Assembly (NCBI GenBank): GCA_963847445.1
Contig: CAWJZV010000012.1
Location: 34,680-98,679, forward strand
Length of the DNA: 64,000 bases
Direction of reading: 5' to 3'
Source of the DNA: an uncultured delta proteobacterium
GTDB lineage: Bacteria > Desulfobacterota > Binatia > UBA9968
Shown: positions 55,347 through 64,000 of the stretch, piece after piece
Layout of the letters: each line of letters starts with the position of its first letter
How positions within the stretch are numbered: position 1 is the first letter of the stretch
The notes under the pieces: model-generated
Told to the model about the DNA's origin: nothing
What the model saw: only the letters and a program-made list of their open reading frames with translations
Database searches by the model: none
Program-made: the position numbers and the translations under genes

Positions 55347-56252
55347 TCAGATCAGGTCCAGTTGACCGCTGGAGCCAGCGACGTAAACGGCGGGGGATAC
55401 CGATTCTTCTGGGTGGTGATTTACTGCGGGTTTTCCGAGCAGTCTTTCGGCGATTCTCGACTTGGCGTGTTGGATATTCCGTTTCACCTCGTCAAGCTCC
55501 ATGCCGAGACCGATCTCGTAGGCAGCGGCTTGCTCAAGAAGATCCCTGGCGTCTTTGAGCCGAGTATTTAGGGTTTTGGTGTGGGTGTCATCGGAGATTT
55601 CCGCCGTGAGCCGTATCAGAGTTTCAACCGATGTCCGGAAATGATCGTGGGCTCGTTCGACGACCTTTTGGACTTCATCACCAACCACCGGTGAAACCCG
55701 AATCGTGCTTTCCTGGCCCAGGCTGTCGATCACGGTCATTAGCTCAAGAACTTCGGGAATGTATTTCTCAAGGGCAAAATAGATTTCTCCGTTCTTGGGC
55801 CGAACCGGGATTCCCATGCAGGCGGTCAGATACTTCGTCACAACGATCGAAAGGTCCCTGGTGATGGCGGTCTCCATGTGAAACCGGAAGCCGTTTTCGA
55901 GCGAGCTCCTGATTTCCGGATAGGTCGTGTTCACTTCTATCCGACCCCGTTCCACGTACGCTTTGCCGACACCAGCGTCGATGTCGCCGTTGCTCAGCGC
56001 CTCGCGGCTCAAAATGATCTGCACCGGTTTGTCGTTGACCTTTTCGAACGACGATTCTTCAAAGGTGTAGCGCTTTTGATCGAGATTGAGGCTCAAAGCT
56101 CTTCTTAACGCGGTCTCCGGCCTGATCGGCTTTAAAGGAATTGTGATCGGCAGGGTTTCGAGTTTACGCGCGAGAATCTCTCTCTTGCAGCTAAAGAGGT
56201 AGAGATCTTTCATGACGTAACGGCCTGGGGATTGTTGTTGAAGCTGTGCCAT
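55347..56252 (-). CDS. Hypothetical protein resembling DUF6744/DUF3150-type partners of AAA-VWA pairs
   Basis: PETALRRA, IPVRPKNGEIYF and a helical C-terminus (AAAYEIGLG); strong RBS. Confidence 0.6.
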   Translation of the reverse strand: MAQLQQQSPGRYVMKDLYLFSCKREILARKLETLPITIPLKPIRPETALRRALSLNLDQKRYTFEESSFEKVNDKPVQIILSREALSNGDIDAGVGKAYVERGRIEVNTTYPEIRSSLENGFRFHMETAITRDLSIVVTKYLTACMGIPVRPKNGEIYFALEKYIPEVLELMTVIDSLGQESTIRVSPVVGDEVQKVVERAHDHFRTSVETLIRLTAEISDDTHTKTLNTRLKDARDLLEQAAAYEIGLGMELDEVKRNIQHAKSRIAERLLGKPAVNHHPEESVSPAVYVAGSSGQLDLI

Positions 56253-56367
56253 CGGCAGGTCTCCTTTGCACCTGGTTTTTCAGGTGAGGATTGCCTTATT
56301 CCTTTTTTGCAGCGCTTAATCGGTGCGACTACCGAAGAAGTGTGAAAGAAGAGCGAAAAATCGAATC

Positions 56368-56706
56368 CTAGTGGAGCGGTCTGGGAGAAAGCTTGTAGAT
56401 TCCGATGTGATCCGTCCCGTGGGTTGTCATCATGATTAAAGACTCACCGGGTTCCAGTTCTTTTAGAAACTGCTGGTAATCGGCTGCACATTGCTGATCG
56501 ATCGATAAGACCTCGGGAACGTCCGATGACCTGATCGACATGATGGTCAGAAGATGCCCCCTGCGGTTTACATGAACCGCGACCCTGGCGCCGCATTTTT
56601 CCATTCCTTGAAATATCTGCTTCGAGATCAGATCGCAGATGAGTTCGATGATTTCCATGTTCAACTGACACTCATGGCAGTCGACATGTTCTAAGCATGC
56701 CATCAT
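56368..56706 (-). CDS. Hypothetical protein with N-terminal CxxHxxCxxC
   Basis: Intact ORF overlapping the upstream stop. Confidence 0.55.
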   Translation of the reverse strand: MMACLEHVDCHECQLNMEIIELICDLISKQIFQGMEKCGARVAVHVNRRGHLLTIMSIRSSDVPEVLSIDQQCAADYQQFLKELEPGESLIMMTTHGTDHIGIYKLSPRPLH

Positions 56707-56939
56707 GGCTTGTTTCGTTTCCTCGCTACCCAGTCGAGATAAGCCTTAGGATCACCGTGAAACTTGGCCGGAGCATTTCCGGGGACAGCGAGATGGCCGA
56801 TAAGTTCGATCAAAGATCGTGAGACTCCCGGACGACGGGAGCCGGTGACTCGTACGCTTAGGTGAGTCGAAGTGAGTTCAATGAAATAGGGCGTGCCCGG
56901 AATGCTGCGTCGAAACGGTTTTGGTTTGAGATCGACCAT
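56703..56939 (-). CDS. Hypothetical protein
   Basis: Intact ORF tightly packed in the gene train. Confidence 0.55.
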   Translation of the reverse strand: MVDLKPKPFRRSIPGTPYFIELTSTHLSVRVTGSRRPGVSRSLIELIGHLAVPGNAPAKFHGDPKAYLDWVARKRNKP

Positions 56940-56940
56940 G

Positions 56941-57175
56941 TTATTTTTTCACCAAAGTTAGATGCCGCGTATCCCTTCGGTTCATAACGGGTAAGTCCAA
57001 GATTCTCTGTCCAGCGAGCCGATACGCATTGCAGCAGGGCTTACCGCCAAGCCGCATGCGTCTCGGGATGGCCGCATTTCTGAACAATGCCGCCCACAAC
57101 CCAGACTTGGAGATCGTAGTCGAAACCGCTCCACACGCGGCCATGCCGGTTCAAGTTTCTACTCATGCGCGTCAT
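56941..57175 (-). CDS. Small Cys/His-rich hypothetical protein (frameshifted)
   Basis: Joined translation MTRMSRNLNRHGRVWSGFDYDLQVWVVGGIVQKCGHPETMRLGGKPCCNAYRLAGQRILDL...KK. Confidence 0.55.
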
Positions 57176-57259
57176 TGGCTTTTCGTCCCTTCCAGAATGA
57201 ACTCATGAAAGTTTTGTGGGAGTTGAAGGAAGAGGATTCCATTTCAACTCCGAGAACGG

Positions 57260-57968
57260 CTAGCGCGATAAGCTGCCGCTTATCTGTCCGTTCTGGCCGA
57301 CATAGATCTGGGCGCCGCCAAGCCCGATCGATCCCCCGTTTGGTCCGCCGGAGAGGCGGAACGGTCCGGATGTGTCAGCTGCGCGTCGCGGGTGCATTCG
57401 CCGTCGCCTTCTGAAGCGGAGCCGATGAATCAGGTGCGGCCTGTTCATCTGGAGTCTCCACCAGGCTCGATCTGGCGATCAGGCCATCTGGATTTCCCTT
57501 ACGGGAGACCACCAGGGCCTTATCGTCCCGGCTGATGCCCGCCACGCGGACCAGGGTTCCTTGCGGGATAAGAATTCTCGCACCATCTCTTCTGGTGGTG
57601 AGAACCGTATCCCGCGAAAGCCGGTAGAGAGCAGGCTTCGGGAAAAACGAGATCTCGTCTCTTTCCCTCGACACTGTCTCCATCTTTGCAGGAGCATTTC
57701 GTCTCATCGTTGCCTGCGGTGCCGCTGTTTTGTTGGCGACCGATGGCACTTTCTGAGACGCTGGATTTGCTGCGGTCGGCCCTTTGGACTCCACCGTGGC
57801 GCCTTCCAGTGTGATCACCGCGGGCGCGGCAACGGGTTCTTTTCGCTCCGTCGCTTGCACCATGCGGTTGCGTTTGGCCAATACGACAAAACCGAGTGTC
57901 GTATTGATGGCCAGTGACGCGATCAGCAGCACCTGCAAAATTGGCTTCTCCTTTCTTGTTCTTCTCAT
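57260..57968 (-). CDS. Membrane-anchored protein with Ala/Pro-rich stalk and SH3-like domain (probable 3' frameshift)
   Basis: RBS GAGGAGG; basic N-terminus plus TM; IPQGTLVRVAG...LVVSRKGNPDGLI. Confidence 0.6.
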
Positions 57969-58191
57969 GATGCCCTCCTCCCGGAGGCCCCGTTTGGTTT
58001 TCCTCCTTGGGGGAGGTGATGGGGGCCTCCGCCGCTGGAGTCTCTTAACTCCACTGGTGGAAGCCCCCACCGGTGACATCACTTCCTCTTCCCTCAACGA
58101 TTTCAGTCTAAGAGATTTGAGCGGCCATGGGCCGTCGGAATTGGACATATTTGAGGCGGGAAATGGTGCGATTTCCGAGGAATCGCAGATA

Positions 58192-59611
58192 CTACGCGTG
58201 TTTGAGGATTTGCGTGAGTAGGATTTGCTTCTGCTCGATGGTCGTCGAAGATATCTTTGATCGATTCCAGCTTCTCGGATGGGAACAGGTCCGGCTTGGC
58301 GATCAGCTCGCTTACGAGAAACTTTTCCAATTGTCGTTTACGCTCGCCAATTCTTTCCTTTTTCTCCCGGCGCGCTTGGACTTTCTCATCCATTGCCCAA
58401 GCTGACAGCTGCAAAGCTGCGGCTGCCTGTTGAGCAAAGCGACTGGCTTCTAATGGATCGGGGATCGCTGTCGCCAGGCGAATGACTTCTTCAGTCAGAC
58501 TGTCGATGCCCTCGGTTTCTTTTCGCCGGGTGATGATCTCTATCGCCGCATCCTGGACCGGCTTTGCTTTCTCGATCAGCGCTTCGAGTTCAGCGACATT
58601 TCCTTCTCGGACGTACTGGTCGGGATCGTAACCTTCAGGCAGCGACACGGCCTTCACGGTCGAGCCGGGCTGCGAGATTCTCAACGCTTTTAGCAATGCG
58701 GCTCTTCCGCCGGCATCGCCGTCGAAGATCAAGATGATCTCACGAGCGAGAGTAGCGAGCATTGAGCTTTGCTCAGCGGTGATCTCAGTCCCGAGTAAAC
58801 CGACGGTGTTTTTGAAACCGGCCTGATGCAGGGTCAAGACATCGAAGTAACCTTCGACCACGAGAACGGTATCGTTGGAAATCTGTAATTGTTTCAGTCC
58901 GAAGAGAATCTTTCTTTTGTTGAAAATCGGCGAGTCGGAAGAGTTCAGATACTTCGCCTGCGCTGAAGTTATCGATGGCCCTTCCACCGAATCCGACCGT
59001 CACGCCCTTTGGTCTCTAAAGGGGGAAAATGATTCTGCCCATGAATGGGCAGATCACTCCTTGGTCTTTCTCTTTGAGAACACCGGCGCCGATGGGAATT
59101 TCCTTTTTCGCGATGCCGGCTTTCTTGAGCGCGACGATCAAGTCTTTGATCGAGCCGGCGTAACCAAGCCCGAACTCTTCTTGAATGTCCGGTTTGATGC
59201 CGCGCTCGGTCAAATAATTGACCGGCGATCGGTAAGTGCCCGACCGAAGTTGATTTGAGAACTCCTCCTGGGCTTTGGTGAGGCAAAGGAAAAGAGGCTC
59301 CCGGTTGCTATCCGTTCCGGTGCAAAAGAAACCTTGGCTCTTTGAGCGAGCATGCGCACGGCTTCAGGAAACGGGAGATTCTTGTGTTTTCGCAGGAACG
59401 TAATCGCGTTGCCGCTGGTGCCGCAGCCAAAGCAGCGGAAGATCTTCTTCTCCGGGCTCACACTCAGTGAAGGGGACTTGTCTTCGTGAAACGGACAGAG
59501 ACCCTGAAAGCTCTGGCCAAGTTTCTTAAGCGCGATGAACGAACCGATGAGTTCGACGATGTCGGTCGCTTCAAGGACTCGGTCAATAGTTGCCTGTGGG
59601 ATGGGGGGCAT
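58192..59611 (-). CDS. dnaG: DnaG-type DNA primase (multiple frameshifts)
   Basis: CPFHEDKSPS...CFGC CHC2 finger; RIIFP, GFGGR, KYLNSSDSPIFNK; Toprim VEGYFDV, DGDAGG and DPD. Confidence 0.92.
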
Positions 59612-59677
59612 AAGCAGGATTCGTTTTAGCCGATACATTGAAGGTTGTTCCGTTGGGAATGAGGCCGAGATTGATCT

Positions 59678-61461
59678 TCAGTGAGTCTCTTTTACCGACT
59701 CGCATTCTTGGAGCGCCATTTCGCGAATAAACCGGGAGGGTTCGGTTGGCTCTCCGTACAGGGTCTTTGGCGATAAGGCGATGAACAGATCTTTCGCTCG
59801 GGTCAGAGCGACATAGGCGAGCCGGCGTTCTTCCGGGATGTTGGCTTGGTCTCTAATCTCAAGGGGTAGAATCCCTTCGACACAGCCAAGAAGAATGACC
59901 GCCCGATGCTCCAACCCTTTTGCTCGGTGGATGGTGGACAGGTGAACGCGCTTCTCCCTGGGAATATCGTTCAAATGCCGGAGCCATTCGATCTGTTCGA
60001 CAATCTCACCAAGATTGCGGTAGCGCGCCATCAGTCTAAGAAGTCCCTTTGCTGTCCCGGTTGTCAGTGATGAACCCGCGTTTCTCGATGATCGCCGATG
60101 CGATCCTTGGCACTTCCAATGGCTGTCTGTCATGGCAGCGTTGGACTTCTCGCAAATCGTCGAACAGTAGATTCATGCCTCGGTCGATTTCGGTATCGTG
60201 GATCGCGCGCTCCAACGCAGTGTCGAAAGGACTCTGCCTGAGTTCCTTCGCCAACGAGCCGATCTCGTCGGCATGGCGCCGCCCGAGATAGTGCCTGAGC
60301 AGGATTTCCTCCCAAGCGTCGTCCGGCCTCCAGGCTTGCAGGCAAAGCGGCAGCAGCAGGCCTTCTTTCAGTAGCACGCTGGTATTCTTCAGGACCGAGA
60401 AAGGGATTTCATGGTCGATGAGTTCGGACTCTAGCTCCGCACGGTAGTGATTGACCCGGTAGAGAAGCAGAATCTCCCTCGGCTCGAATCGCTCGTGAAT
60501 CAGATCTTCAACGATTCTCGCCGCCAGCTGCGCTTCCTCGATTTCATTTCCCACGGCCACCCATATCGGAGTTACCCCTGCATGTCGGGTCGGTATCGAG
60601 TAATTGTCGCTGCCGTTTCGTTGGATGAGCCGATTGGCTGCATCGAGAATCTTTCCCGAAGATCGGTGGTTTCTGACCAGATAAAACTTCCGGGTATCCG
60701 GGTAGATGTCGGCGAGCCGTTCGATCTGATCGTAGCAGGCACCCTTGAAGGAGAAGATCGCCTGGTTGTGATCCAAAAAGAAGGTGACGTTAGGACTGTC
60801 CCCCGCAAGCCGGCGTATCAGTTCAGTCTGAACCGGATCGAGGTCCTGTGCTTCGTCGACCAGGATATGGCTTGGCTGTGGATAACAGTTCTCGGCCGAT
60901 TGGAGCGTGTCCCAGTGCCAACAGAAGCAGATCGTCATAATCGAGTCGTTGGCCTTTTAGTCTTTCGTATTCGCAGACAAGCTTCCCTCGTTCTCCTTCG
61001 TGATCCAACAGCCCGAGTTTGGTCTGGCTGATTATTTGAGCGATCTCCCGCACGTCGCTTTCAATACCGACCGCAGCGTGCGGCTAGTCGAACAATGGCT
61101 GCATGATCGTAGTGCGAAAGAATGGTCAAACGTCGTTGTCTGGAAGTTTTCAGGATCCCGTAGCAAAGGGAGTGGATGGTCGAGATGGTGACAGAATTGG
61201 AACGTTCCTGCCTGGCGATTCTGCCCACGCATCTCCTCGGCCGCCTTGCGAGTATGCGTGACACACAAGATTCGGGCATCGGGATAACAGCTACGAATGT
61301 GCAGGGCTTTGGCGGCCAGCGTCTGAGTCTTGCCCGAGCCCGGCCCCGCGATCACGATCGATGGACCGTCGATCGCCCGTGATCGCCGCTTCCTGCTCGG
61401 CGTTGATGGCTCCGGGTAAACCCGCGCTTTTCGGCGACCGGTCGAGCTTCACTGTCGTCAT
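59678..61461 (-). CDS. UvrD/PcrA-type SF1 helicase (multiple frameshifts)
   Basis: AGPGSGKT, TIHS, VDEAQD, QAIFSFKGA, NHRS, TIHRAKGLE, EERRLAYVALTRA and PSRF. Confidence 0.92.
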
Positions 61462-61621
61462 TGGCATTGGCATCTGCGGGCGTTAGTCCTTCCTGATTTT
61501 CCAAATTGGGCAGGGCATCCGCGATTATCTGGTTCACCAGGCGCGTCATCGGAATCTTTTTGACTCTCCTCAAGCGGTAGAGTTGGGGAATCAGCGCTTC
61601 GTCAATCTTTGGACTGTACAT
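61352..61621 (-). CDS. Small ribbon-helix-helix-like DNA-binding protein
   Basis: MYSPKIDEALIPQLYRLRRVKKIPMTRLVNQIIADAL has a beta-helix-helix pattern. Confidence 0.55.
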   Translation of the reverse strand: MYSPKIDEALIPQLYRLRRVKKIPMTRLVNQIIADALPNLENQEGLTPADANANDDSEARPVAEKRGFTRSHQRRAGSGDHGRSTVHRS

Positions 61622-61678
61622 TGGCGGGAAATCTCCTGTCGGTGCGAGATCAACAAGATCTGACGTTCTCAATCGCAG

Positions 61679-62069
61679 CTAAAACGGAATATCGTCCCCA
61701 TCCGGATCGACTTGCGGCGGCTGTTCTTCTTTCGCCTTTCCGTTGCCCACCGCCGAGGAAGCGTACCTTCTGGGCGACGATTTCCGTGACATGCTGCTCC
61801 TTGCCTTCCTTGTTGTCAAAGGATCGGTGGCGCAGCTCGCCTTCAACATAAACCTGCCGGCCTTTCTCCAAGAATTGACCGCAAGCCTCACCTTGCTTTC
61901 CCCACACCACGACGGAATGCCATTCGGTTGCCTGCTGTTTTTCACCGTTGCCGTTGACCCAGGTGTTCGACGTGGCGAGCGAGAATCTTGTCACCGCCTT
62001 TCCGGTTGCGGTAAATCGTGTGTCCGGGTCCTTGCCGAGATTGCCGAGCAAAATCACTTTGTTGATCAT
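61679..62069 (-). CDS. ssb: Single-stranded DNA-binding protein (frameshift before the tail)
   Basis: INKVILLGNLGKDP, TEWH and KGRQVYVEG; acidic tail DDIPF in the shifted frame. Confidence 0.95.
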
Positions 62070-62098
62070 GAGACCCTCCTATTTGTGAATTATCGCTT

Positions 62099-62534
62099 TC
62101 ACGCCAAAGCCTGCTCGTTTCCTTTTTGAGTTTCGGCAGCCCTTTGTGCCAGCGAGTCGGCTAACTCGTTGCCGGGATTGCCGTTGTGTCCCCTGACGTA
62201 GGCGAAGGTTAGCTGTGGGAACTCTTTGAGTAGACCCCTGATCTCCATTACCAACTCCAGATTCGCTTTTGCCTTCCAGTTCTGGGAGAAGATCCCGACG
62301 ACGAGCTGCGAGTCCGTTAGAATCTTGATGGGCTGCTCGGAGAAATCTCGGTTCTTGATTTCAGTCAGCGCGTGCTTGAGGGCAAGGAACTCCGCTTGGT
62401 TGTTGGTGACGTGACCCAGCGGTATTCCGTGTGCGCTGAGCAATTCCTGGCTGGCAGCGTTTTTGATCACGATTCCCGCACCGCCCGGACCAGGATTCCC
62501 TTTTGGATGAACCGTCGATGTAAACTTCGATCAT
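62099..62534 (-). CDS. rnhA: Ribonuclease HI (5' frameshift)
   Basis: YIDGSS/GNPGPGGAG, TNNQAEF, TDSQLV and VRGHNGNPGNELADSLA. Confidence 0.92.
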
Positions 62535-63057
62535 TCTTTCACCTCTCGTTCGATTTCTTCGGTCAATGGCGATCACTTCCTTTTTGGCTTTCTAATTTCA
62601 GATGGCGGTGCCGATTCCGTTTTGATCTTCACCGCCAGGACTGAGGTGCTGACATTGCTGCGTGGGAGTTTTTGAATTCGGCCCGCCCCGCCGCCGGGCA
62701 CACCCATGCGTGGGAGCAGAGATGAGGGATCGCCTGCTCCGTTTGTTATTTCAAATACACGGCAGTGATTTGATTCCATTTTATTGGGGTGGACTGCCGT
62801 TCGGATGAAACCGGGATGGGACTATTGTGGCAGAAAATCAAATCTGTGAGGTGAAAACTGAAATCAGGGGGAGGGGGAAGGAATCGAATGCGTGCTACGC
62901 TCGTGACGACAAACGGGACTGGCAAACTCGTCGTGCCTAGCACGATAGCCGCGATTCGGCACGTGGTGGGAGGGTGACTCCAGCTCTATATATATAATGG
63001 GAATTTGTTACGGAACCGCTTGGTGGCCCGTTCAAAGTTACCGCGGGCGGCACAAGT

Positions 63058-63137
63058 GATTGCCGGCAGAAAAGTTTTGATTGCCAGCAGAAACAAGAAG
63101 TCTCCCGGCGGAAAATAATGGTTGTCCCGCACAGAAA
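63058..63137 (+). repeat. Iteron-like direct repeats with 21-bp period
   Basis: GATTGCCGGCAGAAA (63058), GATTGCCAGCAGAAA (63079), GTCTCCCGGCGGAAA (63100), degenerate GTTGTCCCGCACAGAAA (63121). Confidence 0.6.
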
Positions 63138-63668
63138 CCTCGCAAAGTGACAATGATCTATTTAATGTTACAGCTCGCACGTCATAGTCACCTTTCGCAT
63201 CACTCGCAAGCCTTCAGAGCAATTTTTGTTACAGAATGGGCTACAGATTCATAGAAGAATGGTCGTGAGCTTTTCGGATGTTGTTAATAAGATCGGACTG
63301 AAGCGTAGTTCGGCCCAATCCTAGGACGTATCCTGCTGTTGCGGGGGAATACGCTGCGGGAGGATTTAATGTAGGCTTTTATCTGGCCGCTCGTCGAGTG
63401 GTTAAGTGTCCGGGGCTTTCAGAGCGAAAAATCATCAACTGTCGCGGGAATGTCAGCTTGACCGCCCTTCTTTCCCCATCTCGGATTTGAGTCTTGACTG
63501 TGCTAACCAGCCCGCCCTATGTTACACAGGGTTCCCATTATCCGCAGCGACTAACGCACGAAATGGTGTTCAAGATGTTAGAATCGGGCACGGAACAAGG
63601 GTTTGCGTGACCTTGAGGCCAATTCGGTGGAGGTTAGAGGAATTTCACGGTTAGTGATTGACTAGAAA

Positions 63669-64000
63669 ATGGAAATACTAATTGTCTTGGCCGTGGTCGC
63701 CCTAGTGATCTGGCTAATTACAAGGGATCGTCAAGAAACCCCGACCTTAATAGATCGAAGCCGAACGCCGGTTACTAATCAAACAAGTACTATTCCCCCG
63801 ACAAGAAACACTGCTAGCTACACTCCTCGATCAGTAACCGCCGATGAATGCTGGATTTCGTCTGGTCATGACGTGACGGTCGGAACCTACAATATCCCTG
63901 ATGGCTTGTTGTATGTCGGCAAGGGGCTCGTGTCCGTGGGAGGGTACGGAGTAGAGCCTGCGCTCATCGACCCGTCACTGCCAACCAACCGTTTGACCCC
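63669..64000 (+). CDS. TerB N-terminal domain protein (Shango SngA-like), 5' part; runs off the window
   Basis: Manual translation MEILIVLAVVALVIWLI...CWISSGHDVTVGTYNIPDGLLYVGKGL...EPALIDPSLP. Confidence 0.72.
   Translation, partial: MEILIVLAVVALVIWLITRDRQETPTLIDRSRTPVTNQTSTIPPTRNTASYTPRSVTADECWISSGHDVTVGTYNIPDGLLYVGKGLVSVGGYGVEPALIDPSLPTNRLT

Larger units (their letters stand above)
42896..64000. mobile_element. Integrative element (ICE/integrated plasmid-like genomic island); right end outside the window
   Basis: att fragment plus integrase and Xis, visible drop in GC, co-oriented train of DNA-processing genes typical of mobile elements. Confidence 0.88.

Noticed and set aside
42971-62534. 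Classical prophage
   Set aside because: No terminase, portal, capsid, tail or holin genes are recognisable in the window.

Overview
The window has two parts. Positions 1-42.9 kb are GC-rich chromosome of a Deltaproteobacteria-like bacterium; the tandem TctC/Bug proteins and duplicated VOC protein suggest Ca. Binatia (inference). This part carries three TctC paralogs, lemA-htpX, a CdaA-YbbR diadenylate cyclase fusion, glgE-treS/mak-glgB-treZ-(glgX stub)-treY, MlaC, TamAB, a GH15 hydrolase, an M23 peptidase, a sugar ABC transporter, a Kef antiporter and a USP. yihY is split by a mosaic of hflC, xfp, treT and pyk remnants. From 42,896 to beyond the window end lies a lower-GC integrative element. 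Its left border is a 3' tRNA fragment with tRNA-Sec (8/5) geometry. Its roughly 20-kb leftward gene train encodes a variant tyrosine integrase, Xis, rhomboid, a protein with motif-by-motif similarity to plant Whirly ssDNA-binding proteins, an MTase-helicase pair, RadC, a solo Cas4-like nuclease with a DnaJ-type Zn finger, a RavA/ViaA-like pair, DnaG, UvrD, SSB and RNase H. These are followed by a hairpin-rich leader, a 21-bp-period iteron-like array, and the start of a TerB-N (Shango SngA-like) gene. Many genes carry single-base indels that look like long-read consensus errors. All family calls are by-eye motif recognition; no database searches were run.
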